From: an uncultured delta proteobacterium
Lineage (GTDB): Bacteria > Myxococcota_A > Polyangia > Haliangiales > Haliangiaceae
Direction: 5' to 3'
DNA: 64,000 nt
Assembly (NCBI GenBank): GCA_963743525.1
Contig: CAVUQH010000003.1
Location: 1,088,001 to 1,152,000 of the forward strand
Shown: in pieces, positions 1 through 14,680 of the stretch
Layout of the letters: each line of letters starts with the position of its first letter
Position numbering within the stretch: the first letter of the stretch is position 1
Program-made: the position numbers and the translations under genes
The notes under the pieces: generated by a model
The model's input: the letters and a program-made list of their open reading frames with translations, nothing else
Database searches by the model: none
What the model was told of the DNA's origin: nothing

Positions 1-879
1 ACGCACCAGCAGGTGGTCGACCTCGACCGCGGTCTCTCCATGCACGGGATCCCGACGTCGGTCAGGCGCCAGGCCGCCCTCCTCGACGCCCCCGGCGTGC
101 GCCAGGTGCTCCGCCACCTGCGCGACGACGACCGGCCCCTGGTCACCGCCCTGGCGGCGGCGCTCGGCGGCGACGAGGTCGACGACCCGGCGGTCGCCGC
201 GCTGACCGAGGCCGCCGACCAGCAGCGCATCGTCGATCACCGCATCACCGGGCGCAGCTTCGTGGGGTGGGCCTACGCCAACCTCGCCGACGACGAACAC
301 GATCCCGACGCCGTCACCATCTCCACCATCCACTCGGCCAAGGGCCTCGAGTGGCCCGTCGTGCATGTCGCCGGGTGCGAGGACGGCTCGATCCCGATCG
401 CCTCGGCACGACGCCGTTCGGCCCGCGACGAGGAGGCCCGGCTGTTCTACGTGGCCATCACCCGCGCCTCGGCCGAGGTCGTCCTGCACTGGGCCCGGAG
501 CCGGTCGGGGCGCAACGGCCCCCGGTCCCGCCAGCGCAGCCCGTTCCTCGAGGGGTTCGAGGACGCCGTCGCCGCGTCCGCTCCCGCGGCCGGCACCGAC
601 GCCCCCGATGTCCTGCGCTCGCTCCGGGCGTCGCTCCGACCGGCGCCGACACCCGACCCGCTGTTGGCCGCCCTTCGCGCGTGGCGCACCGGACGGGCGC
701 GCGCCGCCCGGACGGTCCCCGACGCCGTGGTGCCCGACGAGCTCCTCCTGGCCATCGCCGACGTCCGGCCCCGCACCCCCGAGGAGCTGGCCGCGCTCCC
801 CGGACTCGGTCCGGCGCGGCGCAGCCGGTACGGCGACGAGCTCCTCGCGGTGGTCGAACGGGTGGCAGGGGCGTCGTGA
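1..879 (+). CDS. ATP-dependent DNA helicase, UvrD/Rep family with C-terminal HRDC domain (UvrD2-like), 5'-truncated by the window
   Basis: Motif V STIHSAKGLEW, motif VI EEARLFYVAITRA, HRDC-like LRAWR...PGLGPARRSRYG. Confidence 0.88.
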   Translation, partial: THQQVVDLDRGLSMHGIPTSVRRQAALLDAPGVRQVLRHLRDDDRPLVTALAAALGGDEVDDPAVAALTEAADQQRIVDHRITGRSFVGWAYANLADDEHDPDAVTISTIHSAKGLEWPVVHVAGCEDGSIPIASARRRSARDEEARLFYVAITRASAEVVLHWARSRSGRNGPRSRQRSPFLEGFEDAVAASAPAAGTDAPDVLRSLRASLRPAPTPDPLLAALRAWRTGRARAARTVPDAVVPDELLLAIADVRPRTPEELAALPGLGPARRSRYGDELLAVVERVAGAS

Positions 880-1391
880 AGTTCGCCGCCGAGCAGCGCT
901 TCTCGTTCCCACCCGACGTGACCGCGCAGGCATTCGTCGACCCCGATCTGTACCAGCGCTTCGCCGAGCTGCCCAAGCTGTCGGTGCCCGAGGTCCTGTC
1001 CCGTGACGCACGGCCCGGGGCCGGCGGCAGCGACATCGTCACCATGCGCATCCGGTATCGCTTCGCCGGGCACCTGTCGCGGGCGGCACGGACCGTCATC
1101 GATCCCGCCAAACTCAGCTGGGTCGACGAGTCCGTCCACGACCTGGCCCGCCGGCACGTGCGGTTCGTGCTCCACCCCGACCACTACGCCGATCGGTTCC
1201 AGTGCCACGGCGAGTACCGCATCGAGGAGGTGGCCGGCGGGTGCCGGCGGGTGGCCAGCATCGACGTCCGCGTGTCGGCGCCGCTGGTGGCGCGGGCGGT
1301 CGAACAGGCCATCGCGTCGGGCCTGCGCGAGCACCTGGCCGACGAGACCACGGTCATCGAGCGCTTCCTGCGCGAGCGCTCGGCGCTGTAG
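876..1391 (+). CDS. DUF2505-like (SRPBCC/START-fold) protein
   Basis: GTG overlaps helicase TGA; VKFAAEQRF...VRVSAPLVARAVEQAI resembles DUF2505. Confidence 0.6.
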   Translation: MKFAAEQRFSFPPDVTAQAFVDPDLYQRFAELPKLSVPEVLSRDARPGAGGSDIVTMRIRYRFAGHLSRAARTVIDPAKLSWVDESVHDLARRHVRFVLHPDHYADRFQCHGEYRIEEVAGGCRRVASIDVRVSAPLVARAVEQAIASGLREHLADETTVIERFLRERSAL

Positions 1392-1399
1392 CGGAGACG

Positions 1400-2197
1400 G
1401 TGCCCGTGCGCCTGGCCACCTGGAACGTCAACTCGCTGAAGGCGCGCCTCGAGCGGGTCGAAGCGTGGCTCGACGAGGTCCAGCCCGACGTCCTGTGCGT
1501 GCAGGAGACCAAGCTGGCCGACGATGCCTTCCCCGCGCTGACCCTTGCCGGCCTGGGCTACGACGGGGTGCACCACGGTCAGGGCCGGTGGAACGGGGTG
1601 GCCATCCTGTCGCGGGTCGGCATCGACGAGGTCGTCCACGGCTTCGCCGACGGCGGCCCGACCGATCCCGAGGCCCGGCTCGTCACCGCCCGGTGTGGCG
1701 GCGTGGTGGTGATGAGCGCGTACGCGCCGAACGGTCGTGAGGTCGGCCACGAGCAGTACGACTACAAGCTCGCCTGGTTCGACCGGCTCGTCGACCATCT
1801 CGACGCCGTGACCACGGCCGACGACGACGTCGTGCTCTGCGGCGACCTGAACATCGCTCCCGCGGACCGCGACGTGTGGGACGCCCGGGCCGTGCACGGC
1901 GCCACCCACGTCAGCGAGCCCGAACGCGACCGCTTCCAGGCCCTGCTGGCGTGGGGGCTCGAGGACGTGTTCCGGCGCGCCTACCCCGACGACGACCAGC
2001 TGTACACCTGGTGGGACTACCGGGCCGGCAACTTCCACAAGCACAAGGGCATGCGCATCGACCACGTGCTGGCCAGCGCACCGCTGGCGGCGCGCCTGTC
2101 GTGGAGCCTGGTGGACCGCAACGCCCGCAAGGGCAAGGGTCCATCCGACCACGCGCCGCTGCTGGCCGAGTTCGACGACCGCCCGGCGAGTGGCTAG
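1400..2197 (+). CDS. xth: Exodeoxyribonuclease III / AP endonuclease
   Basis: RLATWNVNS, LCVQETK, GDLNIAP, YTWWDYR, GMRIDH, SDHAP; start 1400 or 1406. Confidence 0.93.
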   Translation: MPVRLATWNVNSLKARLERVEAWLDEVQPDVLCVQETKLADDAFPALTLAGLGYDGVHHGQGRWNGVAILSRVGIDEVVHGFADGGPTDPEARLVTARCGGVVVMSAYAPNGREVGHEQYDYKLAWFDRLVDHLDAVTTADDDVVLCGDLNIAPADRDVWDARAVHGATHVSEPERDRFQALLAWGLEDVFRRAYPDDDQLYTWWDYRAGNFHKHKGMRIDHVLASAPLAARLSWSLVDRNARKGKGPSDHAPLLAEFDDRPASG

Positions 2198-2241
2198 ACC
2201 GTCGACACAGGCCGCACGACGATCCGGACCCGCACCCGCCC

Positions 2242-2959
2242 ATGACCACCTCGGACGAGCACGAACCGCCCAGCACCGACCGCCGCCTCGCGGCGCTCTC
2301 CGCACAGGAGGAGTCGATCTCGCCCGAGCGTGCCGGCCTGCGACGCGTCGCCGACGCCGTGCGACGGGTGATCCACGCCATGCACGGTGTCGACGCCGAC
2401 CTCACCGTGTTCGAGGACGCCGCCGGCGCGGTCGAGGCCGCCGCTCAGCGCCTCGAGGGCTACGAGACCCGCTCGGTCCACGGCTTCGGCGAGGCGGCCA
2501 ACAGCGGCGATCCGTACGGCTTCTTCGAGTTCAGCCCGGTGCTCGGCCGGGGCAACCCGCTGGCCGCGCCGCTGGTCCTGCAACAGACCGACGGCCAGTA
2601 CATCGAGGCCACGGCCCGGTTCGGGGCGGCCTACGAAGGTCCTCCCGGATGCGTGCACGGCGGTTACGTGGCCGCCGCCTTCGACGACGTGCTCGGGCTG
2701 GCGCAGTCGCTGTCGGGCCAGCACGGCATGACCGCCAACCTCACCATCGACTACCGCTCGCCCACGCCGCTCCACGAGGAGCTGCGCTTCCGGGGCCACT
2801 TCGAGCGGGCCGAGGGACGCAAGATCTTCACCACCGGGACCCTGCACGCCGGCAACCGCCTGTGCGCCGAGGCGCGTGGGCTGTTCGTGTCGGTCGACTT
2901 CGACCGCTTCGCCACGCTCCGGGCCGAGCGAGAGCGGCGGCGCGCCGAGCGCGAACTGA
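2242..2959 (+). CDS. PaaI/hotdog-fold thioesterase
   Basis: YEGPPGCVHGGYVAAAFD, MTANLTIDYRSPTPL; the TGA at 2957-2959 is one base out of frame (probable indel). Confidence 0.8.
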
Positions 2960-4558
2960 TCAGCCGGCGTCGCCGTCGGAACCCGACCGCTTGCGCGGCG
3001 TGGACTTCCGGGTGGTGCGCTTCTTGGCCGCCTTCTTGGTGGCCGGCGTCTTCTTGGGGGCGGCCTTCTTGCGAGCGGTCGACGTCTTGGCCGTGGCCTT
3101 CCGGGCTGTCGACTTCCGGGCCGTGCTCTTCTTCGTCGCCGCCTTCTTGGTGGTCGACGACGTGCGGGTCGCCGTCTTCCTGGCCGCGGCCCTCTTGCGC
3201 GTCGATGTCTTGCGCGTCGAGGTCTTCTTGGCCGCGGTCTTCTTGGCCGCGGTCTTCTTCGCTGCCGTTGTCTTGCGCGTGGCGGTCTTCTTCGGGGCGG
3301 CCGCCTTCTTGGTGGCCGCCTTCTTGCGCGTGGAGGTCTTGCGGGCAGGCGCCTTCTTGCGGGTGGACGCCTTGCGCGTCGACGTCTTCTTGGCGGCCGC
3401 CTTCTTCGCCGGAGCGGCCTCGGCCTCCTCGGCGGCTGCGGCCTCGGCCTGCTGACGGGCCCGCAGCTTGCGCCGCTGGGAGACGCTGAGCTTCTTCTCG
3501 TCGACCGGCTCGGCCTCGGCGGCGGGCTCGGGCTCGGGCTCGGGTTCGGCGGCAGGTTCGGGCTCGCGCTCGGGTGCCCGCCGGCGCGTCCGACCCTTCG
3601 TGGCCGCCGGCTCGGGCTCGGGCGTCTCCTCGGTCTCGTCGGGAAGGTCCTCGGTGTCGATGGACTCCATGCCGGGCATCGCCAGATCGATGCCCCGCCG
3701 GGGCGTGTCGACCGCCTGGACGACGAAGTCGCGCGTTTCGCCGATGGTGAGTACCTCGCGGGCACTGCGCGGCGGCGGATCGGAGATCGACTTCAGCGAG
3801 ATGTAGCAGCGCGTGCCGTCGCACACGACGTAGGCGCCGTGGCTCGAGAACTGCTCGACCTCGGCCTGGATCACCGAGCCGACCGGATGGGCCCCGACGA
3901 ACTCGATGAAGGGCAGCGGCTCGTTGTAGGGCTCGGGCTCCTTGCCGCCCCGCTTGCGACCGGTGTCCTTCTTGTCGTTGTCGGAGGACGAAGCGGACGA
4001 CTTCTTCGACGACGACTTCTTCGACGAGCGCGACGACGACTTCGAGGACGGTCGCTTGGAGCTCGGCTTGGCCTTGGCCGTCTTCTTCGAGCCCCGGCGC
4101 TTGCGCTTGGCGTCGGACACGGCACGCCGCGAGGTCGGCCCACGGACCGGTGAGCGAGCCAGGAAGATCCAGCCCACGCCGGGGACGTGCTTACCACCGA
4201 CGAGGCGACCCTCTTCGAAGAGCCAGTCGTAGGTGCCGTGGAACTCCTGGAAGGAGTCGTTCGAGAGCACCACTGCATCGGCTCGGTCGGCAACCTCGAG
4301 GATGAACGCGTCGCCGCGGCCGATGACCCCCGCGGGTGGGGTGATGATCTCACCGTTGTTGATCTTGTCCTCGTACGCCTGCCGTTCGGAGGCGTCGATC
4401 CGGTGGCCGAACGTGGCGTCGACGATCACCGTGACGTTGTCGTAGGAGAACTCCTTGGACACCGCCTCGACGGCATCGAGGAGCTGTTCGAGGCTGGGCA
4501 GCGAACGGCCTTCGGTGGCGATGTTCGAGCCGTCGACGACCAGATGGGACTCACCCAT
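2960..4558 (-). CDS. NYN/PIN (Zc3h12a/Regnase-like) ribonuclease domain + S1 RNA-binding domain + Lys/Arg-rich histone-H1-like tail
   Basis: [25 protein letters not shown]1-like [19 protein letters not shown]...[13 protein letters not shown]...IDLAM; tail of KKTAA/RKTST pentapeptides. Confidence 0.8.
   Translation of the reverse strand: MGESHLVVDGSNIATEGRSLPSLEQLLDAVEAVSKEFSYDNVTVIVDATFGHRIDASERQAYEDKINNGEIITPPAGVIGRGDAFILEVADRADAVVLSNDSFQEFHGTYDWLFEEGRLVGGKHVPGVGWIFLARSPVRGPTSRRAVSDAKRKRRGSKKTAKAKPSSKRPSSKSSSRSSKKSSSKKSSASSSDNDKKDTGRKRGGKEPEPYNEPLPFIEFVGAHPVGSVIQAEVEQFSSHGAYVVCDGTRCYISLKSISDPPPRSAREVLTIGETRDFVVQAVDTPRRGIDLAMPGMESIDTEDLPDETEETPEPEPAATKGRTRRRAPEREPEPAAEPEPEPEPAAEAEPVDEKKLSVSQRRKLRARQQAEAAAAEEAEAAPAKKAAAKKTSTRKASTRKKAPARKTSTRKKAATKKAAAPKKTATRKTTAAKKTAAKKTAAKKTSTRKTSTRKRAAARKTATRTSSTTKKAATKKSTARKSTARKATAKTSTARKKAAPKKTPATKKAAKKRTTRKSTPRKRSGSDGDAG
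2985..3412 (-). repeat. Degenerate ~15-bp coding repeats encoding K/R-T/A-rich pentapeptides
   Basis: Recurrent + strand units such as TTCTTGGCCGCGGTC and CTTGCGCGTCGAGGT. Confidence 0.8.
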
Positions 4559-4751
4559 GGGTGTCGGCGATGGTTGGGCGCTGGCTACCGGCGCGGGGGA
4601 CGGCGAACGGTGGATGCACGTGTGGTTGGCTCTTCTGTGTCGGGTCCGGTCTCCGTAGGGAGCACCGGCGGCGCGGACCCGTGGGTCCCGCCTCGACGCC
4701 GACCCTAGCGGCAGTACGGGGCGCAACCGGTGGACGTGGTAGGACGGCGCC

Positions 4752-5423
4752 GTGTCGACGGACCGCAACTCCCCACCCGAACGCCCGATCGCCGCCGCCC
4801 TCTTCGACTTCGGCGGCGTCATCCTGTCGAGCCCGTTCGACGCCTTCGCCGCCTACGAGCGCGCCCACGACCTGCCCCCCGACTTCATCCGGACCCTGAA
4901 CGCGACCAACCCCGACACCAACGCCTGGGCCCGCATGGAGCGCAACGAGGTCACCATCGACGAGTTCTGTGACCTGTTCGAGGCCGAGGCACGGGCCGCC
5001 GGGGGCGAGGTCGACGCCCACGAGATCCTGGCCGCGCTGCGAGGCACGATCCGGCCTGCCATGGTCGAGGCCGTGCGCCGGTGCCGGGAGCGGCTCAAGA
5101 CGGCGTGCCTGACCAACAACTTCGTGGCTCCCGACGCCGAGCACCCCCAGGGCCGCATGGATCCCGAGAGCTTCGAGGGGGTCATGGAGCTGTTCGACGT
5201 GGTGGTCGAGTCGAGCAAGGCCGGGTGCCGCAAGCCCGATCCGCGCTTCTACGAGATCGCCTGCGAGGAGCTCGGCATCGAACCCGACCAAGCGGTGTTC
5301 CTCGACGACCTGGGCATCAACCTGAAGCCGGCGAAGGCGATGGGGATGACCACCATCAAGGTGGTCGACCCCGACGTCGCCATCGCCGAGCTCGAGCAGG
5401 TGGTCGGCTTCCCCCTGTCGTGA
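4752..5423 (+). CDS. HAD-IA family hydrolase/phosphatase
   Basis: LFDFGGV, LTNN, RKPDPRFY, FLDDLGINL. Confidence 0.9.
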   Translation: MSTDRNSPPERPIAAALFDFGGVILSSPFDAFAAYERAHDLPPDFIRTLNATNPDTNAWARMERNEVTIDEFCDLFEAEARAAGGEVDAHEILAALRGTIRPAMVEAVRRCRERLKTACLTNNFVAPDAEHPQGRMDPESFEGVMELFDVVVESSKAGCRKPDPRFYEIACEELGIEPDQAVFLDDLGINLKPAKAMGMTTIKVVDPDVAIAELEQVVGFPLS

Positions 5424-5478
5424 CACGGGGAACGGACTCGTGAGCAGTCGCCATTGCAGCCTCGGAGCGGAGCGCCGA

Positions 5479-9141
<3,663 letters not shown>

Positions 9142-9183
9142 GAAGTCGCAGCGTACCGCCGGTGTGCCCGGCTCCCAGCCTCG

Positions 9184-9873
9184 TCAACTCAGCCGGGCGA
9201 AGGCCTCACACTGGTCGCTCGGCCCGGCCACGACGAGCACGTCGCCCTGGTCGAGGACCGTCTCCGCGGTGGCGTAGGTGAAGCTGGACCCGAGGGGTTT
9301 GATGGCCACGACCGTGATGCCGTACTTCGCCCGCAGCTCGAGCTCGGCCAGGCTGCGCCCCAGGATCTCGTACGGGGCGATCGTCTCCACCATGGCGAAG
9401 CTCGGGTCGAGCTGGAACCAGTCGATGATGCTCCCGCCGACCAGGTGGGCGACGCGCCGTCCCATCTCGTGCTCGGGATACACGACGGTGTGGGCGCCGA
9501 CCCGGCCGAGGATCCGCCCGTGCGGCGTGGTGACCGCCTTGGCGATGATGTTGGGCACCCCGAGGTCGGCGAGCCCCGACGTGGTGAGGATGCTCGCCTC
9601 GATGTCGGAACCGATGCCGACCACCGCGTTGCCGAAGTCCCGGGCACCGATCTGCTCGAGCACGGCGGCGTCGGTGGTGTCGGCCTCGAGGGCGTGGGTG
9701 AGCACGTCCGTCAGCTGCTGGACCCTGCGGGTGTCGGTGTCGACGCCGAGCACCTCGAAGCCCAGGTCGGTGAGCTCGCGGGCGACGGCGCCACCGAAGC
9801 GGCCGAGGCCCACGACGAGGACCTGCGAGTCGGCGGCGGACCGGCGTTGACGGGATCGGATGTGGTCAGCCAA
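9184..9873 (-). CDS. ktrA: TrkA/KtrA potassium uptake regulatory (RCK) subunit
   Basis: VVGLGRFG Rossmann motif, VYPEHEMG, TrkA-C region. Confidence 0.88.
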   Translation of the reverse strand: MADHIRSRQRRSAADSQVLVVGLGRFGGAVARELTDLGFEVLGVDTDTRRVQQLTDVLTHALEADTTDAAVLEQIGARDFGNAVVGIGSDIEASILTTSGLADLGVPNIIAKAVTTPHGRILGRVGAHTVVYPEHEMGRRVAHLVGGSIIDWFQLDPSFAMVETIAPYEILGRSLAELELRAKYGITVVAIKPLGSSFTYATAETVLDQGDVLVVAGPSDQCEAFARLS

Positions 9874-11223
9874 TGATCGGGCGCTCCTCGGGATGGCGGT
9901 ACAGCCGGTCGTGCTGACGCATGACCAGCCCGGCGAACAAGGTGATGGGCCCGACGCGGCCGAGGAGCATCAGACCGGTGATGACGAGTTGCGAGGTGAC
10001 GGGCAAGGACGGTGTGAGGTTCGCAGACAGTCCGACGGTGCCCAAGGCGGAGATGACCTCGAAGAGTACGTCCGCTCGCGGCAGACCTGCGCTCGCCATC
10101 AAGAGCATGGTGGACGCGACGACGACGCCGATGGCGAGCAGGGCGACCGTCAGGGCTTGACGCTGCACGTTCTCGGGGATGCGGCGCTCGAACGCCACCA
10201 CGTCGGGGTCGCCGCGGACCTCGGCCCACATCACCCAGCCGAGCACGGCGAACGTGGTGACCTTGATGCCGCCCGCCGTCGATGCGCTGCCGCCGCCGAT
10301 GAACATGAGCACCTCGGTCAGCAGGCGGGTCGGCTCTCGCATGGAGGCGGATGTCGAGGCTGTTGAAGCCGGCGGTGCGCGGCGTGACGCTGTGGAAGAA
10401 GGCGTTGCTCAGCGAGTCCCACCACGAGAGCGGGCCCAAGGTGTCGGGGTTGGTCCACTCGAACCACGCGAAGAGCGCCCACCCGGCGAGGATCAGCGCG
10501 ATGACGGTCATGATGGTCAACTTGGCGTGCAGCGACCACCGCGCGGCGGTTCAGCCGGTGGCGGCCGATCTGCGACCACACCGGGAGACCGAGCCCGCCG
10601 GCGATGATGGCCACCGCGATGGTCGTCAGGAGGAACGGATCGCGCTGGTAGCCCATCAGGCTGTCGGAGAACAGCGCGAAGCCGGCGTTGTTGAACGCCG
10701 ACACCGAGTGGAAGACGCCCAGGTACACGGACCGGTGGATCGACTCGCCGTAGGTCGTCGCGAACCGCACCGCGAGGAGCACCGCACCGAGCGCCTCGGC
10801 GACGACGGTCAGCACCGCCACGTTGAGCAGGACCCGCCGGACGTCGGACATGTCCATCGTCCCGCTCTCCTCGGCGGCGATCAGGCGATGGCGCAGGCCG
10901 AGGCGTCGGGCGAGCACGGCGACGAGCAGCGAGGACAGCGCGATGATCCCGAAGCCACCGACCTGGATGAGCCCCATGATCGTCACCTCGCCGAAGGTCG
11001 ACCAGTGCCCCGCCGTGTCGACCACCACGAGGCCGGTGACGCACACCGCCGAGGTCGAGGTGAACAGGGCGGTGACGAACGTCGTCGACTGCCCGGGCTC
11101 TGCGGCGATCGGCAGCCACAGGAGCAACGCACCCAGCAGGCTGGCGCCGGCGAACGCGACCACGACGTACTGCGCGGGGTGGCGCAGGGTTCGCCAGGAA
11201 CCGGTCGCACGGCGGAGGGGCAC
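9866..11223 (-). CDS. ktrB: TrkH/KtrB potassium uptake membrane subunit, frameshifted near 10540 and 10345
   Basis: SAVCVTGL, SAFNNAGF, PRTAGFN, SASTAGGIK, SALGTVGLS pore motifs. Confidence 0.88.
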
Positions 11224-11284
11224 GGCGGTGCACGCTACGGCCCGGTCGCCGGCCCGCGCCGACGCCGTGGCTCAGCGGTTCACC

Positions 11285-11311
11285 TAAACCACCACTTCGC
11301 GCAACCGATTG
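11285..11311 (+). promoter_or_regulatory. Putative sigma28 (FliA/WhiG-type) promoter
   Basis: TAAA(11285-11288)-N15-ACCGATTG(11304-11311) vs consensus TAAA-N15-GCCGATAA. Confidence 0.45.
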
Positions 11312-11325
11312 GATAGACCGTGTTC

Positions 11326-11562
11326 ATGGCGCACACCGCGACGACCGCACGGTCTGTCGGTGCTGGAGCCCGGGGGGGCCACGCCGAGCGACTCCGCTCG
11401 CTCGTCGACACCGCAGTCACCGTGACGACCTACGACGGCACGATCTCCGGGTCGGTGCTCAGCTGCACCCGGCGCTCCGTCTGGCTCATCTGCGACGACG
11501 TCGACCACGTCATCGCGCTCGACGACATCCTCGACGTCGTCGCCCACAACCTCGCCGCGTAG
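11326..11562 (+). CDS. Small hypothetical protein, predicted Sm/LSm-like fold
   Basis: 78 aa with GC-rich third positions; helix + 5 strand pattern LRSLVDTAVTVTTYDGTISGSVL...SVWL...HVIALDDILDV. Confidence 0.65.
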   Translation: MAHTATTARSVGAGARGGHAERLRSLVDTAVTVTTYDGTISGSVLSCTRRSVWLICDDVDHVIALDDILDVVAHNLAA

Positions 11563-11570
11563 GCGGACCC

Positions 11571-12410
11571 TCAGCGCTTCCTGGTCGTCGACCGACTGCG
11601 CTTGGCCGGGTAGCGCAATGCCACCGCCGCCTCGGGCGCCAGGTTGCGGAAGGTCATGCTCTCCTCGATGACGAACGTGACCGACTCGGCGTCGTGGCTC
11701 ACGTAGCCCACCGACAGGTCCTGGCCGGAGACCAACTCGAAGTCGCCGCCACGCATCGACACGACCGCCGATCCGTTGACCGCAGGCGCCCAGACCAGCG
11801 GACCGCCGGTGATGAGCTTGAGGTGCTCGAGCACCGGGTACCCGCCCTTCTCGGTGCCTTCGATGACGCCGGCGTAGCAGACCGGGCCCAGTGCGATGGC
11901 GTACGGGCCATCCACACCCTGCTCTCGAAGCGTGGCCACGGCCCGCGAGACCAGGCGTGGGAACTCGGCGTAGTCGTCGCCGATCTCGATGGCGTCGTGC
12001 GGGGACGATGCGGCGATGCCCTGGATGCCGGCACCACCGTCGCCCTCGAAGATCAGCGAGTCCTCGGCACGGGCCATCCGGCGCGCGGCGTCGACGACGG
12101 GGTCGAGATCGACGTCGGTGGCGCCCCGGTCGAACGCATCGAGCTCGCCGAGGTCGAGCCGGAACTCGGTGCGCAGCTCGACGAGCGGCTGCACCTGCCG
12201 GGTGGCGGTGGCGACGCCGTCGGCGCCGGCGAGCTCGATCGGATCGACGCGACCGGTGGACACCGACGCGGTCTCCCAACCCAGCGGACCGGTGAAGTCG
12301 ACCACGTGACGACCGGCCAGGAAGTTGGACAGCGCCCGACTGGCCTCCTCGTCGATCTCGGACCAGGCGGCGTCGCTGATGGGCGCCAGGTGGCGGCGGA
12401 GATGGCTCAC
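11571..12410 (-). CDS. Family 1 encapsulin nanocompartment shell protein (Linocin M18 type)
   Basis: HLRRHLAPISDAAWSEIDEEA, VVDFTGPLGW, AEDSLIFEG, RGGDFELVSGQDLSVGY, ESMTFR. Confidence 0.95.
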   Translation of the reverse strand: MSHLRRHLAPISDAAWSEIDEEASRALSNFLAGRHVVDFTGPLGWETASVSTGRVDPIELAGADGVATATRQVQPLVELRTEFRLDLGELDAFDRGATDVDLDPVVDAARRMARAEDSLIFEGDGGAGIQGIAASSPHDAIEIGDDYAEFPRLVSRAVATLREQGVDGPYAIALGPVCYAGVIEGTEKGGYPVLEHLKLITGGPLVWAPAVNGSAVVSMRGGDFELVSGQDLSVGYVSHDAESVTFVIEESMTFRNLAPEAAVALRYPAKRSRSTTRKR

Positions 12411-12820
12411 AGGGTGGACCTCCCTCGAAGGCTGCGGATTCCCAGATCACCGGCACTGGCCTGGCGGCCACCACCAGGCTCGTCGGGTGCCGGCGACTCG
12501 GCCGACTCGTCGGCTTCCACGACCTCCTCGACCTCGAGGATCGGCAGGTCGGTGAACAGGTAGGTGCGGAGCTGCTCGTCCCAGCCGGGATCGTTGCGAC
12601 GAAGCCACTCCAGCGTCATGGCCGCGTGCTCCTTCTCCTCGTCCCGGTTGTGGGCGAGGATCGCCGCCAGCTCGGCGTCGCCGGCGGCATCGACCCGCTG
12701 GTCGTACCAGTCGACCGCCTCGCACTCCTCCTGGATGGAGACGATGGCCCGGTGTCGGTCCATGGTCTCCGGACGGAGCACGTCGGGATCCTCGTGGAAG
12801 CTGTCGCTCGCGCCGGCCAT
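12407..12820 (-). CDS. Encapsulated ferritin-like protein (EncFtn/Flp) with C-terminal cargo-loading peptide
   Basis: HRAIVSIQEECEAVDWYDQR, HNRDEEKEHAAM ferroxidase motifs; C-terminal GDLGIRSLR; stop overlaps the shell start. Confidence 0.93.
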   Translation of the reverse strand: MAGASDSFHEDPDVLRPETMDRHRAIVSIQEECEAVDWYDQRVDAAGDAELAAILAHNRDEEKEHAAMTLEWLRRNDPGWDEQLRTYLFTDLPILEVEEVVEADESAESPAPDEPGGGRQASAGDLGIRSLRGRSTL

Positions 12821-12916
12821 ACCCCTGTGTCTATCGCCGTCTTCGCCGGTTCCGAACGGGCGACCACGCGATCGAGGGCTTCGTGCCCGCCGAAGGCGCC
12901 TCATAGGGTGCGGCCC

Positions 12917-14594
<1,678 letters not shown>

Positions 14595-14601
14595 CCCCAC
14601 C

Positions 14602-14654
14602 CGAAAATGTCGTCTGTTGGTCACACCTGTTGTGACGAATCGACGAGATTTTCG
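14602..14654. repeat. Imperfect intergenic inverted repeat (REP-like or terminator hairpin)
   Basis: CGAAAATGTCGTC...GTCACA-cctgt-TGTGAC...GACGAGATTTTCG. Confidence 0.65.
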
Positions 14655-14680
14655 ATGCCGGTCGGATAGAACGGCCGGTC

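Noticed and set aside
2985..3412. Repeat tract as a possible CRISPR array
   Set aside because: Degenerate, codon-phased coding repeats with no spacers and no cas genes
2190..3489. Long + strand ORFs with VFLAAAFL-type hydrophobic repeats, and the extended thioesterase tail
   Set aside because: Antisense shadow of the Lys/Ala-rich tail plus read-through from a probable indel near 2950
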